Below, in pieces: positions 37,481 through 46,585 of a stretch of 64,000 bases of DNA (position 1 is its first letter; each line of letters opens with the position of its first letter). A model generated the notes under the pieces. It saw only the letters and a list, made by a program, of their open reading frames with translations, was not told the DNA's origin and ran no database searches. A program made the position numbers and the translations under genes. Where the stretch lies: positions 75,115 to 139,114 of the forward strand of contig JAFWKJ010000018.1 of the NCBI GenBank assembly GCA_017511375.1. Reading direction: 5' to 3'. This DNA comes from Bacilli bacterium (GTDB taxonomy: Bacteria > Bacillota_I > Bacilli_A > RF39 > UBA660).

Positions 37481-37741
37481 TTGGAAATATTAAAAGTTAG
37501 TAGTAAATCAAATCCTAATAGCGTAGCAGGAGCCATTGCGAATGTTTTTCGTGAAAAAGGGTGTGTGGAAGTACAAGCAGTAGGTGCAGGGGCTTTAAAC
37601 CAAGCTATTAAGGCCATTGCGATTGCTAGAGGTTTTGTGGCTCCTACAGGAGTGAATTTAATATGTATACCTGCTTTTCAGGATATTATGATTGATACAG
37701 AAGAGAGAACGGCTATTAAGCTGATTGTAGAAGCAAAATAG
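37481..37741 (+). CDS. spoVS: Stage V sporulation protein S
   Basis: The whole sequence MEILKVSSKSNPNSVAGAIANVFREKG...GAGALNQAIKAIAIARGFVAPTG..LICIPAF...ERTAIKLIVE aligns with SpoVS. The start is TTG. Confidence 0.85.
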   Translation: MEILKVSSKSNPNSVAGAIANVFREKGCVEVQAVGAGALNQAIKAIAIARGFVAPTGVNLICIPAFQDIMIDTEERTAIKLIVEAK

Positions 37742-37792
37742 TCTTCTTTTTTTTTAAATGTGTGATATACTAATGGCGAAGGCGGGGATACG

Positions 37793-38818
37793 ATGAATAG
37801 AAAGAAAAAAAGTAGACTAGAAGAGTATCATTCTGGGAAAACAACCGATTTAAGAAATGTAATAGCCGAAATACAGAAAGTAGATCAAGAAACAGCCGAC
37901 TTAAGTGCTGTTGTGCAAGAGGCACAACGTATTGATCGTAGGAAGAAAAATGATGATAGTAATAATTATACTTTTAGATTGTTATTTTCGTCTGTTATGG
38001 ATAAAGTCTTTTTAATACTATTGATGATAGGGTTCCTTATTGTTACCTATTTCAATTTTAAAGGAAATATTTTTGGTGCAGCATATGGGTACTGGATCCG
38101 TTTTTTACGTGAGATTGGTATTGTTGTTTTATTCTTTATTATTAGTTTGTTTTGTAATTGGTTTTATAAATGTATTATTAAAACAATGATCTGTGTTACT
38201 TCTCATTCTATTACGAGAGAGTATTATTTCCCTTTATGGAAGATTGAAACCTCTATTCCTATTCAACATGTAACATCTGTATCAGCATTTAGCTTCTTCT
38301 TAGTCATTCGAGGAGTCGTGATTCATCAGTATCATCATATGCCAATCCTATTCTTTACTTGGAATCATCAGATGTTAAAGAAAAGGATAGATGATTTATT
38401 ACAAAATGATTCGATTGATTATAATGGGGCAGCTCATAAAACGATTTTTAGAAGAAAATATTATTCCATTTTTAGGTGGTTTTTCCTTTTGATAACTTTT
38501 ATTGTTATTGTTTTAGGAATTGCACATTTCTTTGGATATATTCTTAGTCCCGAAAGAACGATTGCAGGTACTTATATTAAGGGAAATCAAAAGATTCAAT
38601 TAAAAGTAAATGGAGACTGTTCTCTTCGTTTTGTAAGTATTAAGGAATTAAAGACATGCCGTTGGAAGTATGATGAAGACCAACATACGATTCATATTTC
38701 TTATCAATATAATAAAAAGAATTATTATGGAAATTTATATGAGAAAAAAGATACAATTACCGTTGGGTATAAAGAAGATGTCTTAATCTATAATGGAATT
38801 GATTATAAGAAAAAATAA
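37793..38818 (+). CDS. Hypothetical membrane protein
   Basis: A charged N-terminus is followed by about 5 TM segments and a C-terminal soluble region. No family was assigned. Confidence 0.4.
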   Translation: MNRKKKSRLEEYHSGKTTDLRNVIAEIQKVDQETADLSAVVQEAQRIDRRKKNDDSNNYTFRLLFSSVMDKVFLILLMIGFLIVTYFNFKGNIFGAAYGYWIRFLREIGIVVLFFIISLFCNWFYKCIIKTMICVTSHSITREYYFPLWKIETSIPIQHVTSVSAFSFFLVIRGVVIHQYHHMPILFFTWNHQMLKKRIDDLLQNDSIDYNGAAHKTIFRRKYYSIFRWFFLLITFIVIVLGIAHFFGYILSPERTIAGTYIKGNQKIQLKVNGDCSLRFVSIKELKTCRWKYDEDQHTIHISYQYNKKNYYGNLYEKKDTITVGYKEDVLIYNGIDYKKK

Positions 38819-38894
38819 GAAGGATATCCTTCTTTTCTTTTGTTGTTTTTTCTTTTAAAATCATATATAATTTAACTAGAGTAGGAGGGATTCT

Positions 38895-40085
38895 ATGGAT
38901 GATCAAGAATATATGATTACTTGTCCACGTTGTGGTAGTGAATTTAAGAGTACTTCTAGATATTGTATGAAATGTGGTTATTTGAATCCTAATCACCCAG
39001 GGAATGAAACATATTTTGATAAATATAGTCGAAATGATATGGAAGAATATACAGTTAGTGGATATACGAAGGATGTTATTTCTCAACCTAAGGGGTTTAA
39101 GAGAGGAACTATCAATATTTTTCTAAGTGGGGATATTGGTAGTTTCAATTTGTGTTTTGCTATCAATATTCTTTGTTATTTGCTATGTGTAGCGGGAATT
39201 GTCTATTTTTATTATGATTCTTCTCCTAATCTTTATATGATGATGGGGACTGAATTGAGTTATGTTTTGCTTCTTTTCTCTTTTTTCTCTCTTTTTATGT
39301 ATGCGATACAATTATTGTATATGAAGATGAATAAGAGATGGATTTATGCCTTGATTCCTCTTGTGAATTTATATGTATTTTCAGATGCTATTACAAAAAA
39401 GAAACTGATGAATCTCTTAGTATTTATTCCTGTTGTGGGAGAAATCTATTTATTTTATCTACTTTATCAAATGGGAAAGGCTTTTAAAAAGAGTGGTCTT
39501 ATCACAATGTTATTTCCTATTGTTATGATTCCTATTATTGCCTTTGGAGGATCTGGTTTCCATGATATTTGCTATGTTAGTGAGAAAGATTCTTTAGAAA
39601 AGGAATATGGGAAGAAAAAATTCTATGGGATTAGTTGTGCTATTGTAGTTGTTGCGGGACTTGGGATGATTGTTTATAGTAATGCTGTTAATATCAATCA
39701 TGAGGTAGATCATATTAATAGTTATTATTTGTATTATGCAACCAAAAAGACAGTTCGTAGAGTTGAGATAAAGCTAGATAGTAATTTAGACAGATGTACC
39801 TATACGAGTGATACAAAGTATTTTTACTTTTCAGACTTATATGATTTCACATTCCTTCCATTTTATGTTTTTAGAGAACCAATAGAGGCATATATAAAGG
39901 TTGTGGAGACACCAGGAGAAGATGGTAATAGCCATCGTGAAATTTATGTTTCTATGACAGATGGTAAGTATGGATATCCAGAGACTAAGTATGAAGATAT
40001 TTCATTCTCAACGATTGTAGAATATCCTGTTTTAGATGAAGTTTATGAAAATGAAAATCGATGTGAATTTCGTAAAAACGCTTGA
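38895..40085 (+). CDS. Zinc-ribbon domain membrane protein
   Basis: An N-terminal CPRCGSEFKSTSRYCMKCGY zinc ribbon is followed by about 6 TM segments. The RBS AGGAGGG is present. Confidence 0.45.
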   Translation: MDDQEYMITCPRCGSEFKSTSRYCMKCGYLNPNHPGNETYFDKYSRNDMEEYTVSGYTKDVISQPKGFKRGTINIFLSGDIGSFNLCFAINILCYLLCVAGIVYFYYDSSPNLYMMMGTELSYVLLLFSFFSLFMYAIQLLYMKMNKRWIYALIPLVNLYVFSDAITKKKLMNLLVFIPVVGEIYLFYLLYQMGKAFKKSGLITMLFPIVMIPIIAFGGSGFHDICYVSEKDSLEKEYGKKKFYGISCAIVVVAGLGMIVYSNAVNINHEVDHINSYYLYYATKKTVRRVEIKLDSNLDRCTYTSDTKYFYFSDLYDFTFLPFYVFREPIEAYIKVVETPGEDGNSHREIYVSMTDGKYGYPETKYEDISFSTIVEYPVLDEVYENENRCEFRKNA

Positions 40086-40110
40086 AAAATAGAATAATTT
40101 TTACTATAAT
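40082..40110 (+). promoter_or_regulatory. Promoter of the T-box leader: TTGAAA, 17-nt spacer, TATAAT
   Basis: TTGAAA lies at 40082-87 and TATAAT at 40105-10. Confidence 0.4.
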
Positions 40111-40116
40111 TGTCTC

Positions 40117-40318
40117 AAGTCGATGATTAGAACTAATAATAAGAATGTTTAATGAAAGAGAATTCGTGGTTGGTGAAAACGATATTAAAGTCTTATTTAT
40201 CTACTCTATAGATGAAAGAAATTTCCGGGTAATACCGTTATCTAATTAAGTGAAAATAAGGATGGTACCGTGCATTATGCACTCCTTTGGTATCATCCTT
40301 TTTGTTTTTTAGGAGGAT
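40117..40318 (+). promoter_or_regulatory. T-box riboswitch leader (likely Ser-responsive) preceding the DUF1653 gene and serS
   Basis: An F-box-like CCGTTA lies at 40235. The T-box sequence AATAAGGATGGTACCGTG (consensus AAnnnGGGTGGnACCGCG) lies at 40255-72. A terminator follows, with GGATGGTACC pairing GGTATCATCC and then TTTTTGTTTTTT. Confidence 0.65.
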
Positions 40319-40320
40319 GT

Positions 40321-40569
40321 ATGGAAAGAAAAATTAAAACAAATACTGTTTATAGACACTTTAAAGGCGATATGTATTTAGTACTTGAAATAGCAGAACA
40401 TACTGAGACAGGGGAAGCTATGGTTATTTATAGAGCTTTATATGGTTCTTATAAGGTATATGCGAGACCTTATGCTATGTTTGCGTCGGAAGTGGATTAT
40501 AAAAAATATCCAAATGTGAAACAAAAATATAGATTTCAAGAAATGAAAATTAAATCATTAAATGTATAG
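40321..40569 (+). CDS. DUF1653-like small protein
   Basis: The sequence YRHFKGDMYLVLEIAEHTETGEAMVIYRALYGSYKVYARPYAMF fits the DUF1653 pattern. The RBS AGGAGG precedes the ATG at 40321. The ORF-track N-terminal extension lies within the T-box terminator. Confidence 0.5.
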   Translation: MERKIKTNTVYRHFKGDMYLVLEIAEHTETGEAMVIYRALYGSYKVYARPYAMFASEVDYKKYPNVKQKYRFQEMKIKSLNV

Positions 40570-40580
40570 GAGGAATAAAA

Positions 40581-41867
40581 ATGATAGATATTAAATTAAT
40601 TAGAGAGAATAAAGATTTAGTAAAAGAAAACATCAAAAAGAAATTTCAAGATGAAAAATTACCATTAGTAGATGAGGTGTTTGATTTAGACAAAAAGGTA
40701 CGTGAAGTTCAAGTTCAAGTTGATACTTTAAAGGCAGATAAGAATAAACTAAGTGGTGAAATTGGACAACTTATGAGAGATGGTAAAAAAGAGGAAGCAG
40801 AGGAAATTAAAAAGAAAATAGCTGAATCTGCAGAAGAAATCAGTAAGTTAGAGGTGGAACAAGAAGAGTTGAGTGCCACGATTAAAGAAAAGATGATGGT
40901 TATTCCACAAATTATGGATCCTAGTGTTCCTATTGGAAAAGATGATAGTGAAAATGTAGAAGTGCAAAAGTTTGGGGATCCTGTAGTACCACCTTATGAG
41001 ATTCCTTATCATGCAGATATTATTGAAAGATTAAATGGAATGGATAAAGAAGCGGCAGGTAGAACATCTGGACAAGGATTCTATTATTTGCTTGGGGATA
41101 TTGCGAGACTTCATGAGGCCATGATTGCTTATGCAAGAGATTTTATGATAGATGCTGGATTTACTTATGCGATTCCTCCTTTTATGATTCATAGTGATGT
41201 TGTAACAGGAGTAATGAGTTTCCCTGAAATGGAAGCTATGATGTATAAAATAGAAGGAGAAGATTTATACTTAATTGGAACTTCTGAACATAGTATGATT
41301 GGTAAGTTTAAAGATCAAATCATAAAACGTGAGGATTTACCTGTTCATATGACAAGCTATTCTCCATGCTTTAGAAAAGAAGGAGGATCTCATGGATTGG
41401 AAGAAAGAGGGCTTTATCGTGTTCACCAATTTGAAAAACAAGAAATGATTGTTATTTGTGAACCAGAAGAATCTATGGATTGGTATGAAAAAATGTGGAA
41501 ATTAACAGTTGATTTATTTAGAAACTTTGATATTCCAGTTAGACAATTAGAATGTTGTAGTGGAGATTTAGCTGATTTAAAAGTGAAATCTTGTGATATT
41601 GAAGCATGGAGCCCAAGACAACAGAAATACTTTGAAGTGGGAAGTTGTTCTACTTTAGGAGATGCACAAGCTAGACGTTTAGGTATTCGAGCTAAAGGAG
41701 AAAAGGGAACTTATTATTTACATACACTAAATAATACGGTGGTTGCGACTCCTCGAGGACTTATTGCATTAATTGAAAATAATTATCAAGAAGATGGAAG
41801 TATTAAAATACCAAAGGCATTACAACCTTATATGGGTGGAAAAGAAAAAATTGAACCAAAGAAATAA
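40581..41867 (+). CDS. serS: Seryl-tRNA synthetase
   Basis: The N-terminal coiled-coil arm and the class II core motifs (FRKEGGSHG, the GTSE-type loop, GLGIRAKG) are present. Confidence 0.95.
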   Translation: MIDIKLIRENKDLVKENIKKKFQDEKLPLVDEVFDLDKKVREVQVQVDTLKADKNKLSGEIGQLMRDGKKEEAEEIKKKIAESAEEISKLEVEQEELSATIKEKMMVIPQIMDPSVPIGKDDSENVEVQKFGDPVVPPYEIPYHADIIERLNGMDKEAAGRTSGQGFYYLLGDIARLHEAMIAYARDFMIDAGFTYAIPPFMIHSDVVTGVMSFPEMEAMMYKIEGEDLYLIGTSEHSMIGKFKDQIIKREDLPVHMTSYSPCFRKEGGSHGLEERGLYRVHQFEKQEMIVICEPEESMDWYEKMWKLTVDLFRNFDIPVRQLECCSGDLADLKVKSCDIEAWSPRQQKYFEVGSCSTLGDAQARRLGIRAKGEKGTYYLHTLNNTVVATPRGLIALIENNYQEDGSIKIPKALQPYMGGKEKIEPKK

Positions 41868-41890
41868 CACGAAAGTGTTATTTTTTTTAT
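41868..41890 (+). terminator. Rho-independent terminator after serS
   Basis: The hairpin AACACGAAAGTGTT is followed by ATTTTTTTT. Confidence 0.5.
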
Positions 41891-41926
41891 GTGGTTTATG
41901 ATAAAATATCATTAGGATGTGATGAT

Positions 41927-42625
41927 ATGCCATTTTTAATTGGAATTATTATTCTTATTGTATTTTGTGTCGTTGTCTATTTTTATTTTCGACATCGTAT
42001 TCGTCGCATTTTAAATAACTTTGGATTTGCGGGAATGAATCTAAAAGAAGTCATTGAAGAAGCAAGACTAGAGGATCAAGAAGTACCTAAGTCTTTATCC
42101 AGTATGGATAGAATTTATTTAGATCAAATCAAGAAGGATTTTCCTGATATTAATATTAATGAGTTGAAAAGACAATCTGAAAAGATCCTTTTAGATGTTT
42201 ATAAAAGTGTTGAGAAGAAAGATTCTTCTCTATTTAAGGGAAAACTAAAAAGTTTTGTAGATTCTATGATTAGTGATTATCAAAAACAAGATGTTTCTTT
42301 TCGGGATATAAAAATCCATAATACGGTTGTATCTAATTACAAAAAAGAAGGGGGAGTAGCAACCATCTACTTTTCCTCTAGTTTTCAATACTACTTGGAT
42401 ACGGCTGGGAAAAATGTAAAGACACAGGATCGTGTTAAAACTGAGTTCATTTATGTTTATGATGTCCATGAAGTGGAAGCAGATAAAAAAGTATTGGGAA
42501 TTCATTGTCCAAATTGTGGGAGCCCTATAACTACGTTAGGACAAAAGAGTTGTAGTTACTGTGGGCAAGCTATTTTAGAATTTATTGGACGTGTTTTTAC
42601 ATGTGATGATATTGTTCGCTATTGA
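41927..42625 (+). CDS. Membrane-anchored protein with a C-terminal zinc ribbon
   Basis: An N-terminal TM (FLIGIIILIVFCVVVYFYF) and a C-terminal CPNCGSPITTLGQKSCSYCG are present. The RBS AGGATG precedes the ATG at 41927. Confidence 0.45.
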   Translation: MPFLIGIIILIVFCVVVYFYFRHRIRRILNNFGFAGMNLKEVIEEARLEDQEVPKSLSSMDRIYLDQIKKDFPDININELKRQSEKILLDVYKSVEKKDSSLFKGKLKSFVDSMISDYQKQDVSFRDIKIHNTVVSNYKKEGGVATIYFSSSFQYYLDTAGKNVKTQDRVKTEFIYVYDVHEVEADKKVLGIHCPNCGSPITTLGQKSCSYCGQAILEFIGRVFTCDDIVRY

Positions 42626-42668
42626 TTCTTACTGTAAGTGATATGATAATAGAATAGGAGGTCGTTCT

Positions 42669-43571
42669 ATGAATGAGGATTTATTACAACCTATATTAGG
42701 AAAATCAGAAGTAGAAAACATTATAGGTTTCCATACTTATGTGTGTTCCACTTGTCATACAGCCTTTTCTTCTTTTCAACCAGATCTTACGACTTGTATT
42801 TTCTGTGGAAAAAATAGTATTACACAAGGAGAGACTAAATATTATTATGATACTAGTTCTTTGCCTTTTCAAATATCTTTAGAAGATGCTTTTGCTATCT
42901 ATAAAAAACAAATACGTCATGATTACCTTTTACCATTTTCTTTTCGAGGGAAAAGGATTATGAAAAAGATTCAGAAAGTATATTTACCATGTAGTCTCTA
43001 TAATCTATCTGTGGAAGGAAGTATTGCTTTTTATGGGGCAGATACTATCTCTAAAGTAAAAAATGCTCCTAAACAGGTATTTGAATGTATGTATTCAACG
43101 CATTTTGATTATTTAAACCTATTAACCAGTGATTACTCTAGGATTAATGATGTACCCGTTAGTAATATTAATGATTATGATTTTTCACAACTAGTGGATT
43201 TTAATCCCGAAATTATAAAAGATTGTTGTTTGATAGCTAGTGATGTTGAAAAGACTGAGGTAACTGAAAAGGTTCAAGAAAGAGCTATTAAAAACTGTGT
43301 GAATATTGTACGAGGAAATGTGGGACATGAGTTGAAAAAACTATCTAATAATCATTTAGTAGTAGGGGTTTCTTCTGCTAAGTCTATTTTTATTCCTATT
43401 TATTTTATTAATTTTCGTTATAAAGGACAAGAATATTTGTTCTTAGTGAATGGACAAACAGGGAATGTAATTGTTGATTTACCTACTAGTAAAGGAAATC
43501 TTGTTTTACTATTCTTGGTATGCTTTATACTTTTTGTTTTAATTGGGTGTATTATTGCCTGTATCCTATAG
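42669..43571 (+). CDS. N-terminal zinc-ribbon protein with a C-terminal TM (YdjG-like)
   Basis: The sequence CSTCHTAFSS...CIFCG is present and the C-terminal 30 aa are hydrophobic. Confidence 0.45.
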   Translation: MNEDLLQPILGKSEVENIIGFHTYVCSTCHTAFSSFQPDLTTCIFCGKNSITQGETKYYYDTSSLPFQISLEDAFAIYKKQIRHDYLLPFSFRGKRIMKKIQKVYLPCSLYNLSVEGSIAFYGADTISKVKNAPKQVFECMYSTHFDYLNLLTSDYSRINDVPVSNINDYDFSQLVDFNPEIIKDCCLIASDVEKTEVTEKVQERAIKNCVNIVRGNVGHELKKLSNNHLVVGVSSAKSIFIPIYFINFRYKGQEYLFLVNGQTGNVIVDLPTSKGNLVLLFLVCFILFVLIGCIIACIL

Positions 43572-43574
43572 GAG

Positions 43575-44393
43575 GTGTCTATGAAGAAAAAATGTTTATT
43601 CTTATTCTGTTTTATTGTTTTAATCTCTTGTATAAAGGTAAATGCAGCACCTATTTCTTATTCTAGAACGAAAGATAATTTAAGGGTTCCTAAGGATGTG
43701 GATCTTTCTAAGGTCAATATGGATACTCTTTTAAAGATTCCTGCTGTTGATTCTAAAGCTAAGATTTATGATTTTGCAGATTTGCTTACAGAGGCAGAAG
43801 AGGCAAAACTTTTTATTAAAATTAATGAATATATTAATAATACGGGTTTGGATGCTGTGATTGTTACTACCAATGATTTGCAAGGTTTGTCTTTGAAAGA
43901 TTATACCTATGGTTTTTATGACTATAATGATTTCTCTAATTCTGGAATTTCTTTTGTTATTTATGTAACGGAAGAAAAAAAGAGTATTTTTATGGGAAAT
44001 AATGGAATCCCTAATAGCGAAGTATATAAAGCTTATCCAGATAAGACAGTTACTGAGATATTGAGATATGTTTATAAAAATCATATAGATCAAAATGATT
44101 ATGTAGGAGCTTGTGAAGAATTTATAAAGTTAGCGGATGGGTTTTATGTAAAAACATTTGGATCTTATAAAGTAGGGGAAGGGGAAACAGAAGAAGGAGG
44201 TTTTCCTTGGGTTGAAATCCTTATAGTTTCTTTTGTCTTATCCTTTATTGTTTCTGTTCTATTATATTCTAAATATGATAAACCACAACGTAGAGTGGAT
44301 CAAAGTATTAAAAAAGCCTTAAGTTCTACTACTATGATTGTTAAGAGTGAGTATGATAAACCGGTGGCTGAAAAAAACACTGGCAATTCATAA
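43575..44393 (+). CDS. TPM-domain protein (secreted/membrane)
   Basis: A signal peptide is present. The sequence IYDFADLLTEAEEAKLFIKINEYINNTGLDAVIVTT fits the TPM/YgcG pattern. A TM lies near the C-terminus. Confidence 0.55.
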   Translation: MSMKKKCLFLFCFIVLISCIKVNAAPISYSRTKDNLRVPKDVDLSKVNMDTLLKIPAVDSKAKIYDFADLLTEAEEAKLFIKINEYINNTGLDAVIVTTNDLQGLSLKDYTYGFYDYNDFSNSGISFVIYVTEEKKSIFMGNNGIPNSEVYKAYPDKTVTEILRYVYKNHIDQNDYVGACEEFIKLADGFYVKTFGSYKVGEGETEEGGFPWVEILIVSFVLSFIVSVLLYSKYDKPQRRVDQSIKKALSSTTMIVKSEYDKPVAEKNTGNS

Positions 44394-44462
44394 AAGTACT
44401 TTATTTTGTATAAAATTTCATGTATAATAAAGTTGTAATTATTTAAGAGAAGGAGATTAATT

Positions 44463-45587
44463 ATGGGTTTAATTAAAGCGGCTAAAGAAGCAGCTGGTAG
44501 TACTCTTCATGATCAATGGAAAGACTATATCAGATGCGAAGATTTAGGAAATGAAATACTTATGAAAAAGGTTTCTACTCCTAATGGAATTATTTCAAAG
44601 GATAGTGCAATTCAAGTTGCACCTGGACAAATTGCTGTTATATTTGATAGCGGAAAGGTTTTAGATGCTACAGCAGAAGAAGGAATCTATACTTTCGATC
44701 AATCTACTTCTCCAACGTTCTTTGCAGGACAATTTGGAGACGTATTTAAAGAAATGTGGACTCGTTTTACTTATGGTGGTGGAGTTGCTAAAGAGCAAGC
44801 TGTATTCTATATGAATGCAAAGGAAATTATGGATAATAAGTTTGGTACACCTGCACCTATTCCATTCCAAGATTGGTCACATCCAATTCCAAATCAAATG
44901 ACAGGAGCAGTTACTCCATTAAGAGTGGAAGTTAAATGTTTTGGTAAATATACATTTAAAATTTCTGATCCATCAACATTTATGAGTAAGATTGCTGGAA
45001 CAGCAGATGAATATAAGAAAGAAGATCTTTGTGAACAAATGAGATCTGAAGTTATTGGAGCTTTCCAAAACGTATTAAATGAGTTAGGTAATTCTACTCA
45101 TAAAGTACCAGTACTAGAACTTCCTAGTGCTACAGATGAAATTAAAGCAACAATGGATGAAAAAGTATTCGATCAACCAATTCGTGATCGTGGTATAAGC
45201 TTAGTTGGATTTGTTGTTGAATCTGTAACATTAGATGAAGAATCTAATAAGAAAATCGATAAATACGAACTTTCTTCTAATTCATTCATGCAACAAGGTT
45301 CTCTTGTTGGAGACTATGGACAAGCTGTTAAGGATGCTGCTAACAACGCTAATGGAGCTGCAGCTGGTTTAATGGGTGTTGGTATGATGAACATGGCTAG
45401 TGGTGGAATGATTGGAGGAACAGCACAAGGTGCTTTCCAAAATCAAGGATATTCTATGGCTGGTGGAGCTCAAGCCCCTGCTCAAGAGGGCGCTCAAGCA
45501 CCAGCAGGATCTAAGTTCTGTCCAGAATGTGGTACTGCTTCTAACGGAAGTAAGTTCTGTCCAAATTGTGGAACTAAATTAGGTTAA
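44463..45587 (+). CDS. SPFH (Band_7_1-type) domain protein with a C-terminal double zinc ribbon, YdjI-like
   Basis: The N-terminus MGLIKAAKEAAGSTLHDQWKDYIRCEDL is characteristic. A Gly/Ala/Met-rich linker follows, then CPECGTASNGSKFCPNCG at the C-terminus. Confidence 0.7.
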   Translation: MGLIKAAKEAAGSTLHDQWKDYIRCEDLGNEILMKKVSTPNGIISKDSAIQVAPGQIAVIFDSGKVLDATAEEGIYTFDQSTSPTFFAGQFGDVFKEMWTRFTYGGGVAKEQAVFYMNAKEIMDNKFGTPAPIPFQDWSHPIPNQMTGAVTPLRVEVKCFGKYTFKISDPSTFMSKIAGTADEYKKEDLCEQMRSEVIGAFQNVLNELGNSTHKVPVLELPSATDEIKATMDEKVFDQPIRDRGISLVGFVVESVTLDEESNKKIDKYELSSNSFMQQGSLVGDYGQAVKDAANNANGAAAGLMGVGMMNMASGGMIGGTAQGAFQNQGYSMAGGAQAPAQEGAQAPAGSKFCPECGTASNGSKFCPNCGTKLG

Positions 45588-45590
45588 TAA

Positions 45591-45625
45591 AAAGGATTAT
45601 CATTTGATAATCTTTTTTTTATAAA
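45591..45625 (+). terminator. Rho-independent terminator
   Basis: The hairpin AAGGATTATCATTTGATAATCTTTTTTTT is present. Confidence 0.55.
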
Positions 45626-45848
45626 TTCTTTTTATGTAGGGTTTTATTTCTTGATTCTTTCTATACTTTTTCTTTATTGCCTTGTGCTAAATTTGTCAAA
45701 AAAATACTTGCAATTAGATTTAAACTATTGAAAAACAATGATTTTAAACTAATAAGAATTTTTTATGGCACCTCCTTTTATGTGGTTTGACTCCTTATAG
45801 GTGTTTTGCTAGAATAGTGAATTGTCACATATAAAGAAGGTGTTAGGT

Positions 45849-46523
45849 ATGTTTTCAAATGAACAACAGATGCTAAATGCTTGTAAGGAGGAGCCCTCGA
45901 TGGTCTTCAAAATGATTAATAAAGGTCATTTTGAAATTGTTGAACAATTAGTTGAGGAAAACTCTGTTGATGTTAATTTAGTGGATAGTGTTGGAAACGA
46001 TTTAGTAACAAGATTACTCAAAGCACGACAATATGATTTAGTTGTACACTTAATGAAAAAAAGGAATTGGAATGTTAACCATAAAAATATGGAAGGAAAT
46101 ACGTTTGGACATGTATTGGCCAAAGATAACTCTATTTGCGCTATTAAGGTAGTAGAACAATTAAATCGAAAAAAGAATTATAGTCCTAATCTTAAACATA
46201 ATAAAGGAGAGACTATTTTAGACCGAGCATTAAGTTGTAATTACTTATGTACGGCTATTAAATTTATAGAAGATAAGAGATTTACTTCTATTGATATTTC
46301 TACTTTTAAGGCATTATGTAAGTCTTTAATTAAAAGTAGAGAATATGGAAAGTATACTAAAATTAATACTTTAGAAATATTAGTAGATAACTTGGAGAAG
46401 AAAGAATTAGAACCTAGTTTATCTAGATTGATTGAAAAAATCCGTGAGAATATGGATATGATTAAGAGAGATATTATGAATAATGATTGTAGATTGTTAG
46501 AGTATCTTATTAATCACTATTAA
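45849..46523 (+). CDS. Hypothetical protein with ankyrin-like repeats
   Basis: Repeated roughly 33-aa helix-turn units (GNDLVTRLLKARQYDLVVHLM; GNTFGHVLAKDNS..; GETILDRALSCNY..) are present. The call is tentative. Confidence 0.35.
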   Translation: MFSNEQQMLNACKEEPSMVFKMINKGHFEIVEQLVEENSVDVNLVDSVGNDLVTRLLKARQYDLVVHLMKKRNWNVNHKNMEGNTFGHVLAKDNSICAIKVVEQLNRKKNYSPNLKHNKGETILDRALSCNYLCTAIKFIEDKRFTSIDISTFKALCKSLIKSREYGKYTKINTLEILVDNLEKKELEPSLSRLIEKIRENMDMIKRDIMNNDCRLLEYLINHY

Positions 46524-46585
46524 GAGGCTTCGTTGCCTTTTTTTTGTTGTCATGTTATACTTTGTTCATATCGAGAGGGATTATA

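Noticed and set aside
40270-40320. N-terminal extension MHYALLWYHPFCFLGGC of the ORF preceding serS
   Set aside because: This stretch is the T-box terminator hairpin and U-tract. The real start is the ATG at 40321 after AGGAGG.
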